64,000 nt of DNA from Torpedo marmorata (taxonomy: Eukaryota): contig OZ360246.1 of assembly GCA_977017645.1 (NCBI GenBank), positions 20,460,001 through 20,524,000 on the forward strand, read 5' to 3'. Below are positions 51,501 through 64,000 of the stretch, piece by piece; within the stretch, counting starts at the first letter, position 1; the number at the start of each line of letters is the position of its first letter. Below the pieces are notes generated by a model. It did no database searches. It saw only the letters and a program-made list of their open reading frames with translations, and was not told where the DNA came from. Both the position numbers and the translations under genes were made by a program.

Positions 51501-54500
51501 ATTGTCACCCACAAATTATTCAACGCAAATCCATTCAAACGCAACACAAGTTTCATCAGTAACGGTGTCCAAACCAGAAGCTCACTCTGAAACAGCAGCA
51601 ACTTCATCACTAATGACGGAATCCTCAAGGGAAACATTCTCCACGTCAACAGAACGTTCACCAAAAATTGAATCGTCATCAGAAAGCCGTATAACAACAG
51701 AAGTATTTTCCATTGCAGCGACCTCATCACAAACACATCCAACAACAAGAGTGGAATCATCATTACCCGAGCTTTCAACAACAGCACGTGAACAAACAAC
51801 AAAAGTCACCTCAGAAAGTGTTTCTGCATCTCAAACTCACTTCACAACATACTCATCATCCTTTTCACCGCAGTCCTCATCAGAGACCCATCCAACCTCT
51901 ACACAAGTATCATCCACAACCAAACCTTCCTCAGAAACCCATCTGACAACACTGGAATCAACAAGCACAGAACATTCAACACAGCTCCATGAAAGCTCAA
52001 CACAAGCTTCATCTGTAACTGTGTCTCCCACTGAATCACCCCACACATCCTCATCATCTTCATTGCTAACTGAATTCGCATCAGAAGTCAATTCAGCACC
52101 TACAGAAGCAACTGTGATAACTGAATCTTCTTCAGAATCCATCTCGATAACAGAGATATCTTTGAACACAACACCTTCTTCAGAAGAACATACCACATCT
52201 CATGAATCAACAATAACTGAGCAGTCAACAGAAACCCAACCAAGCACAACACAGATTTCCTCAGAAACTTTGTCCCCATCAAGAATCCATGTTACAGCAA
52301 CAACATTACATTCCCAAACGGAAAGCTCAGCAGAATCCTATACTGAATCAACAGAAGTCACATCTACCAGCCGATCTTCATCAGTATCCCATCCAACGAC
52401 AGAACTAACATCAATCACCGTCTCCTCCAGTGAAACACATCACACACCTAAGCAGGAACCCATTACATCTGCACATACAAACAAAACACAAGCTTCAACA
52501 GGAACGCAATTCACTTCAGAAACTATGGTAACATCACCAATCACAGAGGCAACTGAGATCCCTTCTGCAAAACACCCAAGTTCAACAAGGCCATCGTCCA
52601 CAACAGAATCTTCATCACAAACGCTGAAAAATATACAAGCATCACCAAGTACAACGTCATCAGTAGAAACACAGACAACAATAGAGGAGTCAGCAAGAAC
52701 AGAATATTCACCACAAACCTCTGCAAGCCAAACACAAGTTCCCTCAGAAAGTGTGTCTCCTTCTCACTCCCATTTAACCTCAAGACAATTATCATTGACG
52801 ACACCTTCCTCAACACAGTCACTTTCTTCATTCGGGAAAGAAACCTCAACAGCTGAATCCTCATCAGAAACACGGCCAACAACAGAAACGTTCACAATTC
52901 CAAGGTCCACTCGTAAAAGCAGAACGAAAAACCCTGAATTGTCACCCACAAATTATTCAACGCAAATCCATTCAAACGCAACACAAGTTTCATCAGTAAC
53001 GGTGTTGAAACCAGAAACTCTCTCAGAAACAGCAGCAACTTCATCACTAATGACGGAATCCTCAAGGGAAACATTCTCCACGTCAACAGAACGTTCACCA
53101 AAAATTGAATCGTCATCAGAAAGCCGTATAACAACAGAATTATCTTCCATTGCAGCGACCTCATCACAAACACATCCAACAACAAGAGTGGAATCATCAT
53201 TACCCGAGCTTTCAACAACAGCACGTGAACAAACAACAAAAGTCACCTCAGAAAGTGTTTCTGCATCTCAAACTCACTTCACAACATCCTCATCATCCTT
53301 TTCACCGCAGTCCTCATCAGAGACGCATCCAACCTCTACACAAGTATCATCCACAACCAAACCTTCCTCAGAAACCCATCTGACAACACTGGAATCAACA
53401 AGCACAGAACATTCAACACAGCTCCATGAAAGCTCAACACAAGCTTCATCTGTAACTGTGTCTCCCACTGAATCACCCCACACATCCTCATCATCTTCAT
53501 TGCTAACTGAATTCGCATCAGAAGTCAATTCAGCACCTACAGAAGCAACTGTGATAACTGAATCTTCTTCAGAATCCAACTCGATAACAGAGATATCTTT
53601 GAACACAACACCTTCTTCAGAAGAACATACCACATCTCATGAATCAACAGTAACTGAGCAGTCAACAGAAACCCAACCAAGCACAACACAAATTTCCTCA
53701 GAAACTTTGTCCCCATCACGAATCCATGTTACAGCAACAACATTACATTCCCAAACGGAAAGCTCAGCAGAATCCTATACTGAATCAACAGAAGTCACAT
53801 CTACCAGCCGATCTTCATCAGTATCCCATCCAACGACAGAACTAACATCAATCACCGTCTCCTCCAGTGAAACACATCACACAACTAAGCAGGAACCCAT
53901 CACATCTGCACATACAAACAAAAGACAACCTTCAACAGGAACTCAATTCACTTCAGAAACTATGGTAACATCACCAATCACAGAGGCAACTGAGATCCCT
54001 TCAGCAAAATACCCAAGCACTAAAGGGCCATCATCCACAACGGAATTCTCATCACAAACACTGCAAAAGAGACAAGCCTCATCAAGTACAACGTCATCAG
54101 TAGAAACACAGACAACAATAGAGGAGTCAGCAAGAACAGAATATTCACCACAAACCTCTGCAAGCCAAACACAGGTTACCTCAGAAAGTGTGTCTCCTTC
54201 TCACTCCCATTTAACCTCAAGACAATTATCATTGACGACACCTTCCTCAACACAGTCACTTTCTTCATTCGGGAAAGAAACCTCAACAGCTGAATCCTCA
54301 TCAGAAACACGGCCAACAACAGAAACTTTCACAATCACAAGGTCCACTCGTAAAAGCAGAACGAAAAACCCTGAATCGTCACCCACAAATTATTCAACGC
54401 AAATCCATTCAAACGCAACACAAGTTTCATCAGTAACGGTGTTGAAACCAGAAACTCTCTCAGAAACAGCAGCAACTTCATCACTAATGACGGAATCCTC

Positions 54501-57500
54501 AAAGGAAACATTCTCCACGTCAACAGAACGTTCACCAAAAATTGAATCGTCATCAGAAAGCCGTATAACAACAGAAGTATCTTCCTTTGCAGCGACCTCA
54601 TCACAAACACATCCAACAACAAGAGTGGAATCATCATTACCCGAGCTTTCAACAACAGCACGAGAACAAACAACAAAAGTCACCTCAGAAAGTGTTTCTG
54701 CATCTCAAACTCACTTCACAACATCCTCATCATCCTTTTCACCGCAGTCCTCATCAGAGACCCATCCAACCTCTACACAAGTATCATCCACAACCAAACC
54801 TTCCTCAGAAACCCATCTGACAACACTGGAATCAACAAGCACAGAACATTCAACACAGCTCCATGAAAGCTCAACCCAAGCTTCATCTGTAACTGTGTCT
54901 CCCACTGAATCACCCCACACATCCTCATCATCTTCATTGCTCACTGAATCCACATCAGAAGTCAATTCAGCACCTACAGAAGCAACTGTGATGACAGAAT
55001 CTACTTCAGAATCCATCTCAATAACAGAGGTATCTTTGAACACAAGACCTTTTTCAGAAGAACATACCACATCTCATGAATCAACAATAACTGAGCAGTC
55101 AACAGAAACCCAACCAAGCACAACACAGATTTCCTCAGAAACTTTGTCCCCATCACGAATCCATATAACAGCAACAACGTTACATTCCCAAACTGAAAGC
55201 TCAGCAGGAGCCTATTCTGAATCAACAGAAGTCACATCTACCAGCCGATCTTCATCAGTATCCCATCCAACGACAGAACTAACATCAATCACCGTCTCCT
55301 CCAGTGAAACACATCACACAACTAAGCAGGAACACATCACATCTGCACATACAAACAAAAGACAACCTTCAACAGGAACTCAATTCACTTCAGAAACTAT
55401 GGTAACATCACCAATCACAGAGGCAACTGAGATCCCTTCAGCAAAATACCCAAGTTCAACAGGGCCATCGTCCACTACAGAATCTTCATCACAAACGCTG
55501 AAAAATATACAAGCATCATCAAGTACAACGTCATCAGTAGAAACACAGACAACAATAGAGGAGTCAGCAAGAACAGAATATTCACCACAAACCTCTGCAA
55601 GCCAAACACAGGTTACCTCAGAAAGTGTGTCTCCTTCTCACTCCCATTTAACCTCAAGACAATTATCATTGACGACACCTTCCTCAACACAGTCACTTTC
55701 TTCATTTAGGAAAGAAACCTCAACAGCTGAATCCTCATCAGAAACACGGCCAACAACAGAATCATTCACAATCACAAGGTCAACTCGTGAAAGCAGAACG
55801 AAAAACCCGGAGTCGTCACCCACAGATTATTCAACGCAAATCCATTCAAACACAACTCAAGTTTCATCAGCAACGGTGTCCAAACCAGAAAGTCTCTCAG
55901 AAACAGCAGCAACTTCATCACTAATGACGGAATCCTCAAGGGAAACATTCTCCACGTCAACAAAACGTTCACCAAAAATTGAATCGTCATCAGAAAGCCG
56001 TATAACAACAGAAGTATCTTCCATTGCAGCGACCTCATCACAAACACATCCAACAACAAGAGTGGAATCATCATTACCCGAGCTTTCAACAACAGCACGT
56101 GAACAAACAACAAAAGTCACCTCAGAAAGTGTTTCTGCATCTCAAACTCACTTCACAACATCCTCATCATCCTTTTCACCGCAGTCCTCATCAGAGACCC
56201 ATCCAACCTCTACACAAGTATCATCCACAACCAAACCTTCCTCAGAAACCCATCTGACAACACTGGAATCAACAAGCACAGAACATTCAACACAGCTCCA
56301 TGAAAGCTCAACACAAGCTTCATCTGTAACTGTGTCTCCCACTGAATCACCCCACACATCCTCATCATCTTCATTGCTAACTGAATTCGCATCAGAAGTC
56401 AATTCAGCACCGACAGAAGCAACTGTGATAACTGAATCTTCTTCAGAATCCAACTCGATAACAGAGATATCTTTGAACACAACACCTTCTTCAGAAGAAC
56501 ATACCACATCTCATGAATCAACAATAACTGAGCAGTCAACAGAAACCCAACCAAGCACAACACAAATTTCCTCAGAAACTTTGTCCCCATCACGAATCCA
56601 TGTTACAGCAACAACATTACATTCCCAAACGGAAAGCTCAGCAGAATCCTATACTGAATCAACAGAAGTCACATCTACCAGCCGATCTTCATCAGTATCC
56701 CATCCAACGACAGAACTAACATCAATCACCGTCTCCTCCAGTGAAACACATCACACAACTAAGCAGGAACCCATCACATCTGCACATACAAACAAAAGAC
56801 AACCTTCAACAGGAACTCAATTCACTTCAGAATCTATGGTAACATCACCAATCACAGAGGCAACTGAGATCCCTTCAGCAAAATACCCAAGCACTAAAGG
56901 GCCATCATCCACAACGGAATTCTCATCACAAACACTGCAAAAGAGACAAGCCTCATCAAGTACAACGTCATCAGTAGAAACACAGACAACAATAGAGGAG
57001 TCAGCAAGAACAGAATATTCACCACAAACCACTGCAAGCCAAACACAGGTTACCTCAGAAAGTGTGTCTCCTTCTCACTCCCATTTAACCTCAAGACAAT
57101 TATCATTGACGACACCTTCCTCAACACAGTCACTTTCTTCATTCGGGAAAGAAACCTCAACAGCTGAATCCTCATCAGAAACACGGCCAACAACAGAAAC
57201 TTTCACAATCACAAGGTCCACTCGTAAAAGCAGAACGAAAAACCCTGAATCGTCACCCACAAATTATTCAACGCAAATCCATTCAAACGCAACACAAGTT
57301 TCATCAGTAACGGTGTCGAAACCAGAATCTCTCTCAGAAACAGCAGCAACTTCATCACTAATGACGGAATCCTCAAAGGAAACATTCTCCACGTCAACAG
57401 AACGTTCTCCAAAAATTGAATCGTCATCAGAAAGCCGTATAACAACAGAAGTATCTTCCTTTGCAGCGACCTCATCGCCAACACATCCAACAACAAGAGT

Positions 57501-60500
57501 GGAATCATCATTACCCGAGCTTTCAACAACAGCACGAGAACAAACAACAAAAGTCACCTCAGAAAGTGTTTCTGCATCTCAAACTCACTTCACAACATCC
57601 TCATCATCCTTTTCACCGCAGTCCTCATCAGAGACCCATCCAACCTCTACACAAGTATCATCCACAACCAAACCTTCCTCCGAAACCCATCTGACAACAC
57701 TGGAATCAACAAGCACAGAACATTCAACACAGCTCCATGAAAGCTCAACCCAAGCTTCATCTGTAACTGTGTCTCCCACTGAATCACCCCACACATCCTC
57801 ATCATCTTCATTGCTAACTGAATCCACATCAGAAGTCAATTCAGCACCTACAGAAGCAACTGTGATGACAGAATCTACTTCAGAATCCATCTCAATAACA
57901 GAGGTATCTTTGAACACAAGACCTTTTTCAGAAGAACATACCACATCTCATGAATCAACAATAACTGAGCAGTCAACAGAAACCCAACCAAGCACAACAC
58001 AGATTTCCTCAGAAACTTTGTCCCCATCACGAATCCATATAACAGCAACAACATTACATTCCCAAACTGAAAGCTCAGCAGGAGCCTATACTGAATCAAC
58101 AGAAGTCACATCTACCAGCCGATCTTCATCAGTATCCCATCCAACGACAGAACTAACATCAATCACCGTCTCCTCCAGTGAAACACATCACACAACTAAG
58201 CAGGAACCCATCACATCTGCACATACAAACAAAAGACAACCTTCAACAGGAACTCAATTCACTTCAGAAACTATGGTAACATCACCAATCACAGAGGCAA
58301 CAGAGATCCCTTCAGCAAAATACCCAAGCACTACAGGGCCATCATCCACAACGGAATTCTCATCACAAACACTGCAAAATAGACAAGCATCATCAAGTAC
58401 AACGTCATCAGTAGAAACACAGACAACAATAGAGGAGTCAGCAAGAACAGAATATTCACCACAAACCTCTACAAGCCAAACACAGGTTACCTCAGAAAGT
58501 GTGTCTCCTTCTCACTCCCATTTAACCTCAAGACAATTATCATTGACGACACCTTCCTCAACACAGTCATTTTCTTCATTCGGGAAAGAAACCTCAACAG
58601 CTGAATCCTCATCAGAAACACGGCCAACAACAGAATCATTCACAATCACAAGGTCAACTCGTGAAAGCAGAACGAAAAACCCGGAGTCGTCATCCACAGA
58701 TTATTCAACGCAAATCCATTCAAACACAACTCAAGTTTCATCAGCAACGGTGTCCAAACCAGAAACTCTCTCAGAAACAGCAGCAACTTCATCACTAATG
58801 ACGGAATCCTCAAGGGAAACATTCTCCACGTCAACAAAACGTTCACCAAAAATTGAATCGTCATCAGAAAGCCGTATAACAACAGAAGTATCTTCCATTG
58901 CAGCGACCTCATCACAAACACATCCAACAACAAGAGTGGAATCATCATTACCCGAGCTTTCAACAACAGCACATGAACAAACAACAAAAGTCACCTCAGA
59001 AAGTGTTTCTGCATCTCAAACTCACTTCACAACAATCTCATCATCCTTTTCACCGCAGTCCTCATCAGAGACCCATCCAACCTCTAGACAAGTATCATCC
59101 ACAACCAAACATTCCTCAGAAACCCATCTGACAACACTGGAATCAACAAGCACAGAACATTCAACACAGCTCCATGAAAGCTCGACACAAGCTTCATCTG
59201 TAACTGTGTCTCCCACTGAATCACCCCACACATCCTCATCATCTTCATTGCTAACTGAATTCGCATCAGAAGTCAATTCAGCACCTACAGAAGCAACTGT
59301 GATAACTGAATATTCTTCAGAATCCATCTCGATAACAGAGATATCTTTGAACACAACACCTTCTTCAGAAGAACATACCACATCTCATGAATCAACAATA
59401 ACTGAGCAGTCAACAGAAACCCAACCAAGCACAACACAAATTTCCTCAGAAACTTTGTCCCCATCACGAATCCATGTTACAGCAACAACATTACATTCCC
59501 AAACGGAAAGCTCAGCAGAATCCTATACTGAATCAACAGAAGTCACATCTACCAGCCGATCTTCATCAGTATCCCATCCAACGACAGAACTAACATCAAT
59601 CACCGTCTCCTCCAGTGAAACACATCACACAACTAAGCAGGAACCCATCACATCTGCACATACAAACAAAAGACAACCTTCAACAGGAACTCAATTCACT
59701 TCAGAAACTATGGTAACATCACCAATCACAGAGGCAACAGAGATCCCTTCAGCAAAATACACAAGCACTAAAGGGCCATCATCCACAACGGAATTCTCAT
59801 CACAAACACTGCAAAAGAGACAAGCCTCATCAAGTACAACGTCATCAGTAGAAACACAGACAACAATAGAGGAGTCAGCAAGAACAGAATATTCACCACA
59901 AACCTCTGCAAGCCAAACACAGGTTACCTCAGAAAGTGTGTCTCCTTCTCACTCCCATTTAACCTCAAGACAATTATCATTGACGACACCTTCCTCAACA
60001 CAGTCACTTTCTTCATTCGGGAAAGAAACCTCAACAGCTGAATCCTCATCAGAAACACGGCCAACAACAGAATCATTCACAATCACAAGGTCCACTCGTA
60101 AAAGCAGAACGAAAAACCCTGAATCGTCACCCACAAATTATTCAACGCAAATCCATTCAAACGCAACACAGGTTTCATCAGTAACGGTGTCCAAACCAGA
60201 AACTCTCTCAGAAACAGCAGCAACTTCATCACTAATGACGGAATCCTCAAGGGAAACATTCTCCACGTCAACAGAACGTTCATCAAAAATTGAATCGTCA
60301 TCAGAAAGCCGTATAACAACAGAAGTATCTTCCATTGCTGCGACCTCATCACAAACACATCCAACAACAAGAGTGGAATCATCATTACCCGAGCTTTCAA
60401 CAACAGCACGTGAACAAACAACAAAAGTCACCTCAGAAAGTGTTTCTGCATCTCAAACTCACTTCACAACATCCTCATCATCCTTTTCACCGCAGTCCTC

Positions 60501-63500
60501 ATCAGAGACCCATCCAACCTCTACACAAGTATCATCCACAACCAAACCTTCCTCCGAAACCCATCTGACAACACTGGAATCAACAAGCACAGAACATTCA
60601 ACACAGCTCCATGAAAGCTCAACCCAAGCTTCATCTGTAACTGTGTCTCCCACTGAATCACCCCACACATCCTCATCATCTTCATTGCTAACTGAATCCA
60701 CATCAGAAGTCAATTCAGCACCTACAGAAGCAACTGTGATGACAGAATCTACTTCAGAATCCATCTCAATAACAGAGGTATCTTTGAACACAACACCTTC
60801 TTCAGAAGAACATACCACATCTCATGAATCAACAATAACGGAGCAGTCAACAGAAACCCAACCAAGCTCAACACAGATTTCCTCAGAAACTTTGTCCCCA
60901 TCACGAATCCATGTTACAGCAACAACAATACATTCCCAAACTGAAAGCTCAGCAGGAGCCTATTCTGAATCAACAGAAGTCACATCTACCAGCCGATCTT
61001 CATCAGTATCCCATCCAACGACAGAACTAACATCAATCACCGTCTCCTCCAGTGAAACACATCACACAACTAAGCAGGAACACATCACATCTGCACATAC
61101 AAACAAAAGACAACCTTCAACAGGAACTCAATTCACTTCAGAAACTATGGTAACATCACCAATCACAGAGGCAACTGAGATCCCTTCTGCAAAACACCCA
61201 AGTTCAACAGGGCCATCGTCCACAACAGAATCTTCATCACAAACGCTGAAAAATATACAAGCATCATCAAGTACAACGTCATCAGTAGAAACACAGACAA
61301 CAATAGAGGAGTCAGCAAGAACAGAATATTCACCACAAACCTCTGCAAGCCAAACACAAGTTCCCTCCGAAAGTGTGTCTCCTTCTCACTCCCATTTAAC
61401 CTCAAGACAATTATCATTGACGACACCATCCTCAACACAGTCACTTTCTTCATTCGGGAAAGAAACCTCAACAGCTGAATCCTCATCAGAAACACGGCCA
61501 ACAACAGAATCATTCACAATCACAATGTCCACTCGTAAAAGCAGAACGAAAAACCCTGAATTGTCACCCACAAATTATTCAACGCAAATCCATTCAAACG
61601 CAACACAAGTTTCATCAGTAACGGTGTCCAAACCAGAAACTCTCTCAGAAACAGCAGCAACTTCATCACTAGTGACGGAATCCTCAAGGGAAACATTCTC
61701 CACGTCAACAAAACGTTCACCAAAAATTGAATCGTCATCAGAAAGCCGTATAACAACAGAAGTATCTTCCATTGCAGCGACCTCATCGCAAACACATCCA
61801 ACAACAAGAGTGGAATCATCATTACCCGAGCTTTCAACAACAGCACGTGAACAAACAACAAAAGTCACCTCAGAAAGTGTTTCTGCATCTCAAACTCACT
61901 TCACAACATCCTCATCATCCTTTTCACCGCAGTCCTCATCAGAGACCCATCCAACCTCTACAAAAGTATCATCCACAACCATACCTTCCTCCGAAACCCA
62001 TCTGACAACACTGGAATCAACAAGCACAGAACATTCAACACAGCTCCATGAAAGCTCAACACAAGCTTCATCTGTAACTGTGTCTCCCACTGAATCACCC
62101 CACACATCCTCATCATCTTCATTGCTAACTGAATTCACATCAGAAGTCAATTCAGCACCTACAGAAGCAACTGTGATAACAGAATCTACTTCAGAATCCA
62201 TCTCGATAACAGAGATATCTTCGAACACAACACCTTCATCAGAAAAACATACCACATCTCATGAATCAACAATAACTGAGCAGTCAACAGAAACCCAACC
62301 AAGCACAACACAAATTTCCTCAGAAACTTTGTCCCCATCACGAATCCATGTTACAGCAACAACATTTCATTCCCAAACTGAAAGCTCAGCAGAATCCTAT
62401 ACTGAATCAACAGAAGTCACATCTACCAGCCGATCTTCATCAGTATCCCATCCAACGACAGAACTGACATCAATCACCGTCTCCTCCAGTGAAACACATC
62501 ACACAACTAAGCAGGAACCCATCACATCTGCACATACAAACAAAACACAAGCTTCAACAGGAACGCAATTCACTTCAGAAACTATGGTAACATCACCAAA
62601 CACAGAGGCAACTGAGATTCCTTCAGCAAAATATCCAAGCGCTACAGAGCCGTCATACACAACGGAATTCTCATCACAAACACTGCAAAATAGACAAGCC
62701 TCATCAAGTACAACGTCATCAGTAGAAACACAGACAACAATAGAGGAATCAGCAAGAACAGAATATTCACCACAAACCTCTGCAAGCCAAACACAGGTTA
62801 CCTCAGAAAGTGTGTCTCCTTCTCACTCCCATTTAACCTCAAGACAATTATCATTGACGACACCTTCCTCAACACAGTCACTTTCTTCATTTGGGAAAGA
62901 AACCTCAACAGCTGAATCCTCATCAGAAACACGGCCAACAACAGAATCATTCACAATCACAAGGTCCACTCATGAAAGCAAAACGAAAAACCCGGAGTCG
63001 TCACCCACAGATTATTCAACGCAAATCCATTCAAACACAACTCAAGTTTCATCAGTAACGGTGTCCAAACCAGAAACTCACTCTGAAACAGCAGCAACTT
63101 CATCACTAGTGACGGAATCCTCAAGGGAAACATTCTCCACGTCAACAAAACGTTCACCAAAAATTGAATCGTCATCAGAAAGCCGTGTAACAACAGAAGT
63201 ATCTTCCATTGCAGCGACCTCATCACAAACACATCCAACAACAAGAGTGGAATCATCATTACCCGAGCTTTCAACAACAGCACGTGAACAAACAACAAAA
63301 GTCACCTCAGAAAGTGTTTCTGCATCTCAAACTCACTTCACAACATACTCATCATCCTTTTCACCGCAGTCCTCATCAGAGACCCGTCCAACCTCTACAC
63401 AAGTATCATCCACAACCAAACCTTCCTCAGAAACCCATCTGACAACACTGGAATCAACAAGCACAGAACATTCAACACAGCTCCATGAAAGCTCAACACA

Positions 63501-64000
63501 AGCTTCATCTGTAACTGTGTCTCCCACTGAATCACCCCACACATCCTCATCATCTTCATTGATAATTGAATCCACATCAGAAGTCAATACAGCACCTGCA
63601 GAAGCAACTGTGATAACTGAATCTACTTCAGAATCCAACTCGATAACAGAGGTGTCTTCAAACACAACACCTTCTTCAGAAGAACATAGCACATCTCATG
63701 AATCAACAATAACTGAGCGGTCAACAGAAACCCAACCAAGCACAACACAAATTTCCTCAGAATCTTTGTCCCCATCACAAATCCATGTTACAGCAACAAC
63801 ATTACATTCCCAAACTGAAAGCTCAGCAGGAACCTATTCTGAATTAACAAAAGTTACATCTACCAGCCGATCTTCATCAGTATCCCATCCAACGACAGAA
63901 CTAACATCAATCACCGTCTCCTCCAGTGAAACACATCACACAACTAAGCAGGAACCCATCACATCTGCACATACAAACAAAAGACAACCTTCAACAGGAA
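21560..64000 (+). CDS. Giant mucin-like Ser/Thr-rich (PTS) coding exon, partial, runs off the window
   Basis: Frame 1 reads EQIKETYSSSTRASS... at 21562 and TSAHTNKRQPSTG at the window end. No frame-1 ORF with a stop appears in the ORF track, consistent with no stop in about 14,146 codons. One hand-translated unit (24601-26040) is about 26% S, 22% T, 11% E, 5% P and 4% H, with no C, W or D. Confidence 0.9.
22027..64000 (+). repeat. Coding tandem array of 1437-bp (479-aa) units, about 29 copies
   Basis: The anchor aaagtcacctcagaaagtgtttctgc recurs at about 23185, 24622, 26059, 27493 ... 63298. Spacings are 1437, except 1434 (once) and 1407 (four times). The first unit is 1161 bp and diverged. 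Confidence 0.97.

Noticed and set aside
21569-63692. Hundreds of short minus-strand and off-frame ORFs (MTFVVCS..., MLFVHVLLLK..., MQRPHHKH...)
   Set aside because: Shadows of the frame +1 S/T repeat. They recur at the array period and gain or lose stops from unit to unit.
22027-64000. Array as non-coding satellite DNA or a CRISPR-like array
   Set aside because: There are no unique spacers. Strict codon periodicity, frame-preserving indels and one stop-free frame indicate coding sequence.
21560-64000. Assigning a gene symbol (MUC16, MUC17, MUC6, MUC5AC, VCAN)
   Set aside because: No diagnostic folded domain lies in the window, and low-complexity resemblance cannot establish orthology.

Overview
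Vertebrate genomic DNA. The repeat content (CR1 with esterase ORF1, V-SINE, DeuSINE, Penelope, Rex/Babar) points to a cartilaginous fish, probably a ray; this is inference. Bases 1-21.5 kb look intronic and are densely packed with nested mobile elements: a near full-length decayed CR1, Penelope-like elements with hammerhead-ribozyme-like termini, a solo LTR, Rex/Babar LINE fragments, tRNA- and 5S-derived SINEs, and non-autonomous DNA transposons. From a splice acceptor at about 21559 to the window end, + strand frame 1 is one uninterrupted reading frame of more than 42.4 kb (about 14,146 codons). The ORF track omits it because it never reaches a stop. It encodes a mucin-type Ser/Thr-rich domain (about 49% S+T, 11% Glu, essentially no Cys/Trp/Asp) built from about 29 tandem 1437-bp (479-aa) units. 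Every indel preserves the frame. Each unit derives from an older ~160-aa sub-repeat, and the array shows multi-unit duplications at offsets of 1407, 4311, 7125 and 11496 bp. This apparent giant single coding exon is the main candidate for something undescribed. The gene's identity cannot be determined from this window.
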